Of a stretch of 64,000 bases of DNA, positions 1-10,146 are shown piece after piece. The stretch's first letter is position 1. Each line of letters begins with the position of its first letter. The translations under genes and the position numbers were made by a program. The notes under the pieces are model-generated. The model was not told where the DNA came from, ran no database searches, and saw nothing but the letters and a program-made list of their open reading frames with translations. Source of the DNA: Candidatus Amphrikana amoebophyrae (GTDB taxonomy: Bacteria > Chlamydiota > Chlamydiia > Chlamydiales > JACRBE01); contig JAUHQG010000027.1 of NCBI GenBank assembly GCA_030408475.1, positions 3,024-67,023 on the forward strand, written 5' to 3'.

Positions 1-1
1 T

Positions 2-2416
2 TGTATCGTGAACCCTCTTATCACTTACGTTAAAATTAAGTGTAAAGAGACTAAGTCTACTTATATTTTAGCTAAAAGTCGCGTTGGCCAATACTTTAAA
101 GATCGAGATTCTTACGAGATTACCTCCGTATTTAAAGGGGAAAAATTACGTGATTTAGCTTATGAACCTCTTTTTTCGCACTTTGTTGAAAACGCTTCTG
201 ATAACGCTTTCACCATTTTACTCGATGACTTTGTAGGCGAAGAAGATGGTACTGGTATAGTTCACGCTGCTCCAGCTTTTGGTGAACAAGATTTCTTTGT
301 TTGTAAAAGAGAAGAAATCGAACTCGTTTGCCCTGTCGATCAAAACGGTAAATTCACTAAAGATGTTCCCGAATATGAAGGTAAATTTGTAAAAGATGCC
401 GATAAAGACATTATTAAAGGACTCAAAGCCGAAGGTAAAATTTTCCACCATGGTCAAATTCGTCACCGATACCCATTTTGTTGGCGCTCCGATACTCCAC
501 TTTTATACAAAGTTGTTAAAACTTGGTTTGTTTCTGTTGAAACATTGAAAGATCGATTAATCGAAATCAATCAGCAGATCAATTGGGTTCCCGATCACAT
601 TAAAGATGGTAGATTCGGTAAATGGCTCGAAAATGCTAGAGATTGGGCGATAAGTCGTAATAGATATTGGGGAACTCCTATTCCTCTTTGGGAAAATGAA
701 GATGGTGACTTTTTAGCCATCTCTTCCATTGAAGAATTAGAAAAATTAAGTGGTCAAAAAGTGACCGATCTCCACAGGCATTTCATCGATGATATCGAAT
801 TTGTTGAAAATGGTAAAAAATATAGGCGCGTTACCGAAGTTTTCGATTGTTGGTTTGAGTCAGGGTCTATGCCTTTTGCTCAAAATCACTTCCCTTTTGA
901 AAATAAAGAATCGACTCTAGAAAGTTTCCCGGCCGATTTCATCGCAGAAGGGCTGGATCAAACTCGTGGTTGGTTTTACACACTTACTGTTATTGCTGCC
1001 GCTTTATTTGATAAACCAGCTTTTAAAAATGTAATCGTCAACGGAATTATCTTAGCTGAAGATGGCAACAAAATGTCAAAAAGGCTAAAAAACTATCCCG
1101 ATCCTATGGAAGTTGTCAATAAGTTTGGTGCCGATAGTATTCGTCTTTATTTACTCCATTCTCCTGTTGTTTCTGGCGAAGATTTCCGCTTTTGCGAAAG
1201 GGGCGTTGAGCTTGTTCTTCGTCAAATGCTTATTCCATTTTGGAATAGCTACGTCTTTTTTGCTACATATGCTAAAATTTGCCGGTGGACTCCTAAATTA
1301 ATGGGGAAAAATAAACCTAAAGCTACTATCGATCGTTGGATCTTATCGCGTATGCAAAAGCTGATTCTAGATGTGGAAACCGCTCTAAATAATTATCAAC
1401 TCTCTGAAGCTGTAGATCCATTTGTTGTCTTCATTGATCAACTCACAAATTGGTTTATCAGACGATCTCGTCCCAGATTTTGGTCATCAACTCAATCGCC
1501 AGATAGAGATGATGCTTTCCAAACTCTATACATTGTATTGCTTAATTTGTCTAAAGTGGCCGCCCCATTTGTCCCTTTCTTGTCAGAATCTATCTTTCAA
1601 CAATTAAGAGCTCCTCAAGACCCAGAATCTGTCCATTTGACCGATTATCCGCAATATAGAAAAGAATTTAGAGATGTTGAATTAGAAGAGCAAATGCAAC
1701 AGGTGCAAACTGTAGTTAGCATGGGGCACTCTCTTCGTAAAGAGCATAAGCTAAAAACTAGGCAACCTCTTCGAAAAGCTCTTTTGATTTGTAGTGATAA
1801 AAAGGTGATTGAAGAGCTTTCTAAACATACCTATTTGATTGAAGATGAGCTTAATGTTCATGAGCTTAAATTTGTTGAAGATGAAACCGATTTTGTTGAA
1901 TTGGCTGTGAAACCTAATTTCAAAGTTTTAGGGCGTCAAATGGGTCCATTGATGAAAGAAGCAAAATCAGTTATTGAAGATTTACAAAAAGCAGATGTGG
2001 ATACTTTGTACAATGGTGGATCAGTCGATGTCAATATTGGTCATAAGTTGTTTACTCTTACTCCGAATGAAGTTGAAGTGACTAGATCTGTGAAAGGGGG
2101 ATTAGTGGCTGCTTGTCAAGACAAGCTAACTGTTGCTTTAGATACTGAACTCGATGATGCCCTTATTTGCGAAGGGTATGCAAGAGAGATCATCAATAAG
2201 GTGAACTCTATGCGTCGAAGTGATGGATTTGAAGTTACTGATCGAATCGTTATTACTTTGGACACCTCACCTAAAATTGTGGACGCAATGAAAAAGCATC
2301 AAGACTACATCAGTGGAGAAGTTTTAGCTGATGAAGTTAAATTTGAGTCTTGCTCTGGTACAGAATGGGATATTAATGGAGAACTGGCAATTATTAAGAT
2401 TGTTAAATCGGTCTAA
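2..2416 (+). CDS. ileS: Isoleucyl-tRNA synthetase, C-terminal ~800 aa (5' end lies upstream of the window)
   Basis: The frame is open from the window edge. It carries the class-I KMSKS loop (NKMSKRLKNYPDP) plus the WAISRNRYWGTPIPLW and DQTRGWFYTL core signatures. Overall it looks like the eukaryote-like IleRS type used by Chlamydiae. Confidence 0.95.
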   Translation, partial: CIVNPLITYVKIKCKETKSTYILAKSRVGQYFKDRDSYEITSVFKGEKLRDLAYEPLFSHFVENASDNAFTILLDDFVGEEDGTGIVHAAPAFGEQDFFVCKREEIELVCPVDQNGKFTKDVPEYEGKFVKDADKDIIKGLKAEGKIFHHGQIRHRYPFCWRSDTPLLYKVVKTWFVSVETLKDRLIEINQQINWVPDHIKDGRFGKWLENARDWAISRNRYWGTPIPLWENEDGDFLAISSIEELEKLSGQKVTDLHRHFIDDIEFVENGKKYRRVTEVFDCWFESGSMPFAQNHFPFENKESTLESFPADFIAEGLDQTRGWFYTLTVIAAALFDKPAFKNVIVNGIILAEDGNKMSKRLKNYPDPMEVVNKFGADSIRLYLLHSPVVSGEDFRFCERGVELVLRQMLIPFWNSYVFFATYAKICRWTPKLMGKNKPKATIDRWILSRMQKLILDVETALNNYQLSEAVDPFVVFIDQLTNWFIRRSRPRFWSSTQSPDRDDAFQTLYIVLLNLSKVAAPFVPFLSESIFQQLRAPQDPESVHLTDYPQYRKEFRDVELEEQMQQVQTVVSMGHSLRKEHKLKTRQPLRKALLICSDKKVIEELSKHTYLIEDELNVHELKFVEDETDFVELAVKPNFKVLGRQMGPLMKEAKSVIEDLQKADVDTLYNGGSVDVNIGHKLFTLTPNEVEVTRSVKGGLVAACQDKLTVALDTELDDALICEGYAREIINKVNSMRRSDGFEVTDRIVITLDTSPKIVDAMKKHQDYISGEVLADEVKFESCSGTEWDINGELAIIKIVKSV

Positions 2417-2432
2417 TTTGTTTCCTTACCTT

Positions 2433-3311
2433 CTACCGTCTTGTGAGCTTTTCAGATTGTTTTTGGATCCATACTGTGATGCATGCTCCAATGAATATTA
2501 ATACAAAGCCGAACCAAACCGCTTTGTTCGGTATGTTGCCCCAGTAAGCAAATTCAATCAGCGCACTAAATAATATAGAGCTATACATAATAGGTGAAAC
2601 TAGTGATGCGTGCGCATATTTTAGAGCGTAGGTAAGGCATTGTTGATAGATTGCTCCTGTTATGCCTATTCCGATTACTACCGGCCACATTTGAGCTGTG
2701 GGCCATTTCCAGTTAAATAAGGCTATAATGGTAGCTATAATGGTTGCTTGCGACAGATACATGAAACTGATCTGCTCTGAAGTTGAGCTTTTATGTAGTT
2801 GACGAACAAATAGTATAGATATTGCGATTAGTAAACCACCTAATACAGCGATCATGGAATGAAATTCAAATAGACGAGTGTGGTCGGGTTGCAAAACAAA
2901 CATAACTCCAATAAATCCAAGTACAATTCCAAGAATCATCTTCATTGATAGTCGCTTTCGAAAGATGAAATATACCAATATAGGGACGAAAAGAGGATAG
3001 GTAATTCCTAGCAAAACAACATTGACTAAAGGGATATACTTAAGCGGATAGACTAAGCAAAAGATTCCAAAAAATGCAGAAAGTGTTCTAAAGAAATGGA
3101 GATGATAATTAGTGCATTTAAACGAAAAGCTTTTAAATCCAAGGAAGAATGGCATAGAAATAACGAGTCCAATGCTGAATCGAAAAAAGAGGGCCATTTC
3201 AGTAGAAAGTTCAGTTCTAGCTATTTTGTTAAACATATTTAATAGGGCAAAAAATATGGCAGAAGTAATTGCAAAGCAGACCGATAAAAGAATTTTATTA
3301 TGACGATTCAT
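2433..3311 (-). CDS. EamA/DMT-superfamily permease (RhaT-type)
   Basis: 292-aa polytopic protein with about 10 hydrophobic helices in two similar halves. The call rests on overall pattern only. Confidence 0.7.
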   Translation of the reverse strand: MNRHNKILLSVCFAITSAIFFALLNMFNKIARTELSTEMALFFRFSIGLVISMPFFLGFKSFSFKCTNYHLHFFRTLSAFFGIFCLVYPLKYIPLVNVVLLGITYPLFVPILVYFIFRKRLSMKMILGIVLGFIGVMFVLQPDHTRLFEFHSMIAVLGGLLIAISILFVRQLHKSSTSEQISFMYLSQATIIATIIALFNWKWPTAQMWPVVIGIGITGAIYQQCLTYALKYAHASLVSPIMYSSILFSALIEFAYWGNIPNKAVWFGFVLIFIGACITVWIQKQSEKLTRR

Positions 3312-3741
3312 ATTGCACTCCTTATTGAAATATAAATTTCAATATTTACGTTATTCAAATTTAGTTCAATCTGAATTTTCTATTTATTAAAATTTATATA
3401 TATACAATTTTTTTTAAACATATAACAATTATCGCAATATAATCAAAACTGTTCATTATATGTAATTAAATCATTGTTGATGGTATATTGTCGATTTGTT
3501 TTAAACAAAGTGTGGTAAATATGCAAAAAATTGCTGATGAGGCGAAGAGGTCTGTAACTCTAGATAGTGCTCTAAAATCTGACTGTAATTTTTCTATTGA
3601 TTCCATAGCTATTGCTTTAGATTCGGGAAAGATTTTTAAGATTATTGATCAAGCGTTCATTTTTTTCCCATTAAGTTTTTAAGCGCTAATTCAACAAGAA
3701 TAATTCCCTTAGCTCTTTATTCAACTCAATTTTTTACTGAC

Positions 3742-4317
3742 ATGACTCTTGTCAAGGGAGCGAGAACTTATTACCCAACCGCTTTAGCCGTTTGCGCTTT
3801 TATTGGACAAATTGCCCTTTTTAGCCAGTCTATCTCTATAGCTTCTGCTTTAGCAGTATCTATCACAGCAATTTCAATTTTGAGAAATTTATCTTTGTTT
3901 TCAGAGGAAACTAGTTTTAAAATTGACTATGCAATTAATGTTACCTCCTTAGTGGCAAATTTAATCTCTAAATCATATTTTAAAGCTTTGATCAAAGTTA
4001 TAGGGATATGTTTAACTTCTTTTTCAACAAAAGATGGAAAAGAGATTGTTACTTCAGTTATTTATCTTAGTGTGCCAAAAAAAGACAGACCAGAAGGTTC
4101 AAAAATAGATGATCAGATAACGACTTGTAAACGATTAATCACTTTATGGGAACTCATGGATAAATCTGTATTTGATGAGTCTATGCACGAGTTACACACT
4201 AAATATGTTACCCCACAACTTAAAAAGAGTTTAATTCTTCTATTGTGGGGCATGAATGAGCAAATCAACGATATCAAATATAGATTTGCTGGATTGCTTA
4301 GGTTATTGGGAAGTTGA
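3742..4317 (+). CDS. Hypothetical membrane protein with an Inc-like bilobed hydrophobic segment
   Basis: 191-aa ORF. Its N-terminal ~45-aa hydrophobic stretch (YPTALAVCAFIGQIALFSQSISIASALAVSITAISIL) is interrupted by polar residues. No recognisable catalytic motif. Confidence 0.4.
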   Translation: MTLVKGARTYYPTALAVCAFIGQIALFSQSISIASALAVSITAISILRNLSLFSEETSFKIDYAINVTSLVANLISKSYFKALIKVIGICLTSFSTKDGKEIVTSVIYLSVPKKDRPEGSKIDDQITTCKRLITLWELMDKSVFDESMHELHTKYVTPQLKKSLILLLWGMNEQINDIKYRFAGLLRLLGS

Positions 4318-5904
4318 TTCTAAGTTCCAATCAATCTTCACTCCATTATAGGTAGTTTGTCCCGAAACGACATTCTTAATCAGGTGGTAGTCGTAGATGG
4401 CAAAGCTATGGGAAGGAAATATCAATGCTGTCCCATCTCCCATTTTAAATGGAGCTATAGACTCTTTGTTATTATTCGTTATTGTAGCGTCTATAAAGTC
4501 CATAAAGTCATCTAATAGCCAATTCCCAAAGAAATACAAAGAGGCTGTTGGGGTTTTTGTATTTGTTTGGTAATTGACACTAAACATCCAAACGATATTA
4601 TCTAATATAGTTTGCCCTTGAGCAGGGGTTAAGCTAGTGGCTCCTGCTAAATCGCCTGTCCAGGCTGCTGAAATTTCAGTTCTTTGAAATGAGACGTTAG
4701 AAACAGTCGCAGTTGCAGCTGTTGTAGAAAGTGAAGTGGGTGAGTTTACGCCATTGACAGTACACAGCTTTTTAATAGGATTTCCTTCATAAGGAACAAA
4801 TAATAGAGGGTCAGAATAATTTGTGAAATTAGTTCCGTGCCCAGTGACTGTGGTTGCATGTTGAGTTGCGCTAATAGTTCCTACTCCTGTTAAGTAGGGG
4901 TATTCTCTTAGTAAAGAGTTGAAATAGCTGCCTGCAGTGACTCCGGAATGTGAAGCTGAGGTGGTTGTCGCCCCTGCAGCAAATATAGCAGGGATATCAG
5001 TCTCATAAACTTGAATGTAAACAGATTGTAGTAAGGATGCGTCAGTTGGGGAGCGTTGCCAGGTGGGAGCTGGATTAGGAAAAGAGGTAGTGGGGAAATT
5101 AGGTGGATTTCCATAACCTAATGCAAAGGAATCGGGTACAGGAAAGGTTGCTAAATTAGCATAGGTTTCTGGAGCTTCATCGACACCAAGAGTTGACCCA
5201 ATTTTTATTGCTTCTAAACCATTTAAGTATTTATATTCATCGACATAATTATATAGACGTTGTTGTATATCCTTAGTGGCGCCACTATATTGAGGATCAA
5301 AGGCTATTTCTTGAATTCCTACTGATGTTCCTTGAGCTATTACATCCTTTGCCCAGTCGAGCATATTGTTAATGCCAGGGAAGTAGCCAGATAGGTAAGT
5401 TTGAGGCTGGGGGTTGACCGTTGGATAAGTTCCTGCAGGAGCATCACTAGTAAAGTTTTGCGATTCAAAGAAAATTGAAATATAAAAATCAGGTTGTATG
5501 GCTAACATAGTGCTATAAATTTCCTTCATTTGACCAATAAAGGAATCAGTGGATGTATTTGAAGGTTGGAAAAAAGAATTAGAAGTTGTGCTGTTTGGAT
5601 CTTTTACAAACACAATAAGTCTTTTCATTTGACGAGCTTGTAGCATTGAGAGAACGTCTTGAAAGTGAGTTACATAGGTGCTTTCTGTTTCCCCTTCTAA
5701 ATAATCCCAAAGCATGAAATGTTGATTAGTAAAACGTGTTAAGCCAGTTGTAATGCCAGAGTTAGGATGTTTTCCTGGGACTTTAGCTCTCACTTCACCA
5801 ATGTATTGTTGGTAGAAGTTATTAAATTGTGCCCTTGTAGGGGGTCCTGAATATAGCGGTATCGCCAGTAAAAGAATCAAAGCCTTAAAAACGGAGCGTA
5901 ACAT
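4303..5904 (-). CDS. Hypothetical secreted protein, Thr/Ser/Asn/Pro-rich
   Basis: 533-aa ORF with an N-terminal signal-like peptide (MLRSVFKALILLLAIPLYSG). Its start overlaps the stop of the upstream beta-barrel gene by 20 nt. No family recognised. Confidence 0.6.
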   Translation of the reverse strand: MLRSVFKALILLLAIPLYSGPPTRAQFNNFYQQYIGEVRAKVPGKHPNSGITTGLTRFTNQHFMLWDYLEGETESTYVTHFQDVLSMLQARQMKRLIVFVKDPNSTTSNSFFQPSNTSTDSFIGQMKEIYSTMLAIQPDFYISIFFESQNFTSDAPAGTYPTVNPQPQTYLSGYFPGINNMLDWAKDVIAQGTSVGIQEIAFDPQYSGATKDIQQRLYNYVDEYKYLNGLEAIKIGSTLGVDEAPETYANLATFPVPDSFALGYGNPPNFPTTSFPNPAPTWQRSPTDASLLQSVYIQVYETDIPAIFAAGATTTSASHSGVTAGSYFNSLLREYPYLTGVGTISATQHATTVTGHGTNFTNYSDPLLFVPYEGNPIKKLCTVNGVNSPTSLSTTAATATVSNVSFQRTEISAAWTGDLAGATSLTPAQGQTILDNIVWMFSVNYQTNTKTPTASLYFFGNWLLDDFMDFIDATITNNNKESIAPFKMGDGTALIFPSHSFAIYDYHLIKNVVSGQTTYNGVKIDWNLESTSQ

Positions 5905-6682
5905 CTATTTTTCCTCCCCAAATTTGATAAGATTCAGGTTGGATTCCAAGAGATAAGCCTCTGTCTGTAACAGCTGTAGAAGCTCCCATTTTTACTGATC
6001 TATAAAATGGTGTCGCTGTTGCATGTAGCCAGTCTCTAATTTTAAGAGTAACTGGGAATTCTAATAACTCATCATTTTTGCGATCCAAAAACCATTTAGA
6101 GCCTATTGTCACATCAATTTCCAAATAAGTGACGATAGCAAATAGATAAGTGTAGTTTATTCCAAAAGAGAGGTGTTTGTTGGCATATAAGTTACATTTA
6201 AAGCCAAAAGGCAAGTAGGGCTTTACATAGGTATAGCGTAAAAGTTCAAAATCAGTAATGGCTAAGTGTTGGCGCCACCAAAGATATTCAAAGCCAATAA
6301 ATGGGGTAAATGTGTGCATCTTTTTTCTCCCCCAACTAAAGTTGAGGCCAATTTTTTGAGAATATAGAAACTCAATTTGAGAAATCGTAGATGTTCCCAC
6401 CACTGAGTTTAGATCTCCAGCTCCTGCTGAAATTCCTAAATTTATATATACCCCTTTTGGTATAGAGTATTCATAAGATGCGTTGCCACCCCATGTATAT
6501 CCATGAAACTCACCAATGCCGTCAGCTTCTAATTGATAGCGTTGGTAGGTGGGCCCAATATTAATTTGGGAATAAGTTTCTTTTGGGGCAATCTCTTTAT
6601 GTTTAACAAAAACATGATCTAAATCAGATGCCAAAAGAGGTGTTGAGAGGGCTATAGCCGCTAATAGGGTTCGAAAAATCAT
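5885..6682 (-). CDS. Putative small outer-membrane beta-barrel protein
   Basis: Signal peptide (MIFRTLLAAIALSTPLLA), alternating hydrophobic and aromatic beta-strand pattern, and a C-terminal ...IDVTLRF ending in Phe as in many OMPs. Confidence 0.55.
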   Translation of the reverse strand: MIFRTLLAAIALSTPLLASDLDHVFVKHKEIAPKETYSQINIGPTYQRYQLEADGIGEFHGYTWGGNASYEYSIPKGVYINLGISAGAGDLNSVVGTSTISQIEFLYSQKIGLNFSWGRKKMHTFTPFIGFEYLWWRQHLAITDFELLRYTYVKPYLPFGFKCNLYANKHLSFGINYTYLFAIVTYLEIDVTIGSKWFLDRKNDELLEFPVTLKIRDWLHATATPFYRSVKMGASTAVTDRGLSLGIQPESYQIWGGKIDVTLRF

Positions 6683-6764
6683 AATCTCATAGTATAGAAA
6701 AGGGCAACTTCAATGCAATAAAAATTTTAACTTGTTTTTTTTACAGTAGAAAGGTGCCCTATTG

Positions 6765-8627
6765 TTATTTAGGGATATTAGTGGGCAAGGAGTGTCTCTT
6801 GCTTGAAATAATTCCCCAAATAATAAAGACGATTAAAGCTAAACACCAAATTATTATCCTAGAGAGAGTAAATAAAGGATAAAGAGGTTGGTGTAAAAAA
6901 CCCATTTGAGAGCCAGGTGGCCAAAAAATAAATTCGGGAACTCCCTTGACGTTGTCTTGAGGGACAAATCCAAAGCCTCGACTATCAAAACTCATCGAAT
7001 AATTATCACCAAGCGCTAAGTAATGACCTTCAGGGATTTTAAGTCCTGTACGCTTGATAAATTTCATATCAAGCTCGCCTTTATTTGTGATAGGAGGGCC
7101 TTTGTCAATAAAGGGGATATAATTATCAGCAGAACTTTTTTGTCTTTGAAGTTCTCTATTTACAAAAGTAACGAGAGCTGGGTCTGTATGGGTAAGTAAA
7201 ACTTTGTCCATTAAAAATAGCGAGTTATGTCTGAAAAAGGCGTATCGAGATGGGTAGGCGTTCATCATCGTTTCTGAAGCAAGTCTCACATCAAAACTCA
7301 TTCCCATGTTAAAGAAGAAGGCTGCTTTTTTTGCGCTATACTCGGCTAATGGGTGAGAAGGGGGAACTTGTTTGCTAATTCCTTGCCAGTAGATCCGATA
7401 AGGGACACCATCTATAAACTCGTAAGTTCCATTGGGGATACCATCAAATTTTGGATAGTTATTGGCTACTCCTTTTTTTATAGGGGGGTTAGTTGAAGAG
7501 TGCCTTCTCAAAGTGCCATCTTTAACTACAAATCTTGCTGTGGTCATATTGGAGTAGATTATACGTAAAATTCTGTCATCTAAGGGTATGGCTGATTTTG
7601 AAGTAGTCAAAACGGGCATTTTTTGATGGTAAATTGTATCTACTAATTTGGCGTTTTTTAAGCTAGGTGAGTGTTGAAATTCTAGCTGATATTTCCCTTT
7701 CTTATTGACTATTTGAGCTGTTGCATAATTGTTAAAACCCCAAAGTGCACCATAGCGATCAACAGGCTTAGCATTTTTTTCTGCGCTATAAAGTATATCG
7801 TATTTTATTTGTTTAAGAGGGGATAGATACATTTTGGCAACAGGCAAGTTCATCTGATAAAGTAGTACAGGTGAAATGACATCAGATTTATCGCGGTTGG
7901 GGAATTTCACTTTGCCTTCAAAAGACATAAAAGGGACATGACTTATATTAGCTAGTTTGTCAGGTTGAAGCTCTTGAGTGATATCTTTACCATTCTTATC
8001 AAAACCATAAATTTGTCCACCGTAAAAATAGAGGGTGTCACCAGGTTTTCCCATTACTCTTTTTACGTACTGCTTATAGCCAGGGAAGAGATAGAAGTAG
8101 CGAGTGTAGTTGTCAGGGATGTCCATGTTTTCTCCATTGAAAATGAAGATACCATTTCTCTTCACTTCTTCAGGTTTAAACATAAAATGTTTAAGCATAA
8201 GGGGGATGTTGATTCCAAACTGTGTTTTAGAAACTAACAGGCGATCGTTTTCTTTAAGAGTGGGGCGCATTGATCCTGATGGGATTTGATAAAACTCAAA
8301 CCACATTTGACGCACAACTGTAGCCACGACTAGTGCAAAAACTAAAGCAAAAAAGACTTCCAATATATGGTCAAAAAAGGTCTTTTTTAGGTGGAGCTTA
8401 CTTAAAAGTTCACATTTTTTAGCTAAGTTGTGAGCCCCTTCGGTGTTTTTGCTTATTAAAGTATCTTGAAATGTTGAAAGAGTGTTGTGAATTTCTTCTC
8501 TAGTGTCGTCTCGAAGTCGTTTTCGTCTCTTTCGAAAAATTTTAATTGTATGGTAAAAAATAGAGCGAGATTTTTTTAATCGATACACTGAGCAAAAACC
8601 GGGGTTGTGCGAAAGGATTGATTTCAC
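6765..8627 (-). CDS. lepB: Signal peptidase I (long chlamydial form)
   Basis: S26 catalytic boxes SGSMRPTL (Ser box) and GDNYSMSFDSRGFGFV (GDNxxxSxDSR). It has an N-terminal and a C-terminal TM segment. The 620-aa length is typical of chlamydial LepB. The start is GTG, so it is uncertain. Confidence 0.9.
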   Translation of the reverse strand: MKSILSHNPGFCSVYRLKKSRSIFYHTIKIFRKRRKRLRDDTREEIHNTLSTFQDTLISKNTEGAHNLAKKCELLSKLHLKKTFFDHILEVFFALVFALVVATVVRQMWFEFYQIPSGSMRPTLKENDRLLVSKTQFGINIPLMLKHFMFKPEEVKRNGIFIFNGENMDIPDNYTRYFYLFPGYKQYVKRVMGKPGDTLYFYGGQIYGFDKNGKDITQELQPDKLANISHVPFMSFEGKVKFPNRDKSDVISPVLLYQMNLPVAKMYLSPLKQIKYDILYSAEKNAKPVDRYGALWGFNNYATAQIVNKKGKYQLEFQHSPSLKNAKLVDTIYHQKMPVLTTSKSAIPLDDRILRIIYSNMTTARFVVKDGTLRRHSSTNPPIKKGVANNYPKFDGIPNGTYEFIDGVPYRIYWQGISKQVPPSHPLAEYSAKKAAFFFNMGMSFDVRLASETMMNAYPSRYAFFRHNSLFLMDKVLLTHTDPALVTFVNRELQRQKSSADNYIPFIDKGPPITNKGELDMKFIKRTGLKIPEGHYLALGDNYSMSFDSRGFGFVPQDNVKGVPEFIFWPPGSQMGFLHQPLYPLFTLSRIIIWCLALIVFIIWGIISSKRHSLPTNIPK

Positions 8628-8695
8628 AAATTAGCTTCTGTCACCTAAGAGGGGTGGATAAGCAGTTTTTATTCGCCAATATGCCACTGTTTAAA

Positions 8696-9727
8696 TTATT
8701 TGGCAACATTTCCCTTAAAACGGACGCTTTTTGCCGATTCTGCGCGAACGTCTGGATGAGAATCTATTCTTAACATAAAGTGATATGGCTTATTGTGGTC
8801 CAAAGATTCATTGATAAAAGATTTAGGGATATGAAATTCAACGCATTCTTTCTCCTCCCCTTTAATAGCTTTGGCTTTTGACAAAACAGGATCACCTAGT
8901 TGAGGTAAATAAGATATAAAGTAGAGGTGAAGTCCTTCATAATAATCAGGCGTATTCACTTTTACAACTATTTCATCATCTTTAACTGTAACTTTATCGT
9001 AAAAATGAGGAAGTCGCCTTGGTAAAGTTGCATGTCCTATACCCATATTGTGACCGCCATCAACTGTAGGTAGTTTAATGCCGGCTTCAGATTCATCTTT
9101 TACTTGCATCCAAAATGGAAATGGAAAATCTGTTTTATCCTTATCAAAGTAGAGTTCAACCGTTTTACCCGCTAAAATTGATTCGTCATCAGGCCAAGTT
9201 GCTCTATATACATTATATTTAGGTTTTTTTTGCTTTTTGCCTTCAAATTTTTGCGGAGGGTTCCACAGTTTTCTTGTGTCAAAACCACCCAGTGCTGAAT
9301 TTGATCCAATTTTGCGCCTAGATGATTCATTTACATCTTTTAAAGGTAAGTACATCATTTTCGATAAAATGGAGTCAAATGACGAGAGGTCTAAAAAAGA
9401 ATCGTTTAATACACTGTAGCACTCCATCATCTTTCCAGTGGACAAGTCAAGTTCGTATAAAACCCATGATGTTGCTTTTGGTGCACCATTTTTTAGGTAC
9501 TCTGGCCAAGATTGTCCTCTTTTAACGCAAGAAACAGGCACCGTTATTTCTTCAAAAATAATACTTTTATCTGTTATTGTATGAATCGAAATGAGAGAAT
9601 AGTTTTTACTCATTAGTGTGACAATATAATCTCCTCTTGAGGAAGATTCCAGCTTTTCTGCAAGTGTTAAGGCGCTTGCAAAGTTGCAAATGAGTAGAGA
9701 AAATAAAAGTGTGATAAATTTTTTCAT
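8696..9727 (-). CDS. Hypothetical secreted protein
   Basis: Long ORF. I prefer the internal ATG at 9727 because it gives a classic signal peptide (MKKFITLLFSLLICNFASA). No family recognised. Confidence 0.55.
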   Translation of the reverse strand: MKKFITLLFSLLICNFASALTLAEKLESSSRGDYIVTLMSKNYSLISIHTITDKSIIFEEITVPVSCVKRGQSWPEYLKNGAPKATSWVLYELDLSTGKMMECYSVLNDSFLDLSSFDSILSKMMYLPLKDVNESSRRKIGSNSALGGFDTRKLWNPPQKFEGKKQKKPKYNVYRATWPDDESILAGKTVELYFDKDKTDFPFPFWMQVKDESEAGIKLPTVDGGHNMGIGHATLPRRLPHFYDKVTVKDDEIVVKVNTPDYYEGLHLYFISYLPQLGDPVLSKAKAIKGEEKECVEFHIPKSFINESLDHNKPYHFMLRIDSHPDVRAESAKSVRFKGNVAK

Positions 9728-9798
9728 TTTTCTGTGGGATAAAATTAGATTTAATTTTAACATTTTAGCCATTTAGTCACAATGAAAGGTAGAAATAA

Positions 9799-10146
9799 GT
9801 GTTTAAAAAAAAGTTTTTAATTTTAGGTTTGCTCTTTATATCAACCCTTTTTGCTGTAAATGAGAGTGTTGCGACAAGCGATCAAGAGTTACTAAATAAT
9901 TTAAATGAAGAAATTATTGAGCTTGAAGACCAAAGAGACAAGCTTTCGGCAAGAGCTGCTAGACTAAATGACATGGGAGATAGGCTTCAGTTTGAATCTG
10001 GTAGTTTAGGTGATGCCAGGCGATATTGGAATATGGCTCAAAAATCAAATGAAATTGCAGATAAAATTGACGTTGAGATCGACAAATTAAAAATTGAAAA
10101 ACAGCAGTTGCTACATGAAATGGGTAAAGAAGGTGAGGGTGAATGA
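9799..10146 (+). CDS. Hypothetical secreted coiled-coil protein
   Basis: 115 aa, with a signal peptide (MFKKKFLILGLLFISTLFA) followed by charged heptad-like sequence. Its stop overlaps the pncB start (ATGA). Confidence 0.5.
   Translation: MFKKKFLILGLLFISTLFAVNESVATSDQELLNNLNEEIIELEDQRDKLSARAARLNDMGDRLQFESGSLGDARRYWNMAQKSNEIADKIDVEIDKLKIEKQQLLHEMGKEGEGE

Noticed and set aside
3488-3682. 64-aa ORF in the AT-rich gap upstream of 3742
   Set aside because: TTG start, no SD, low-complexity AT-rich context. It is likely a chance ORF in a promoter region.
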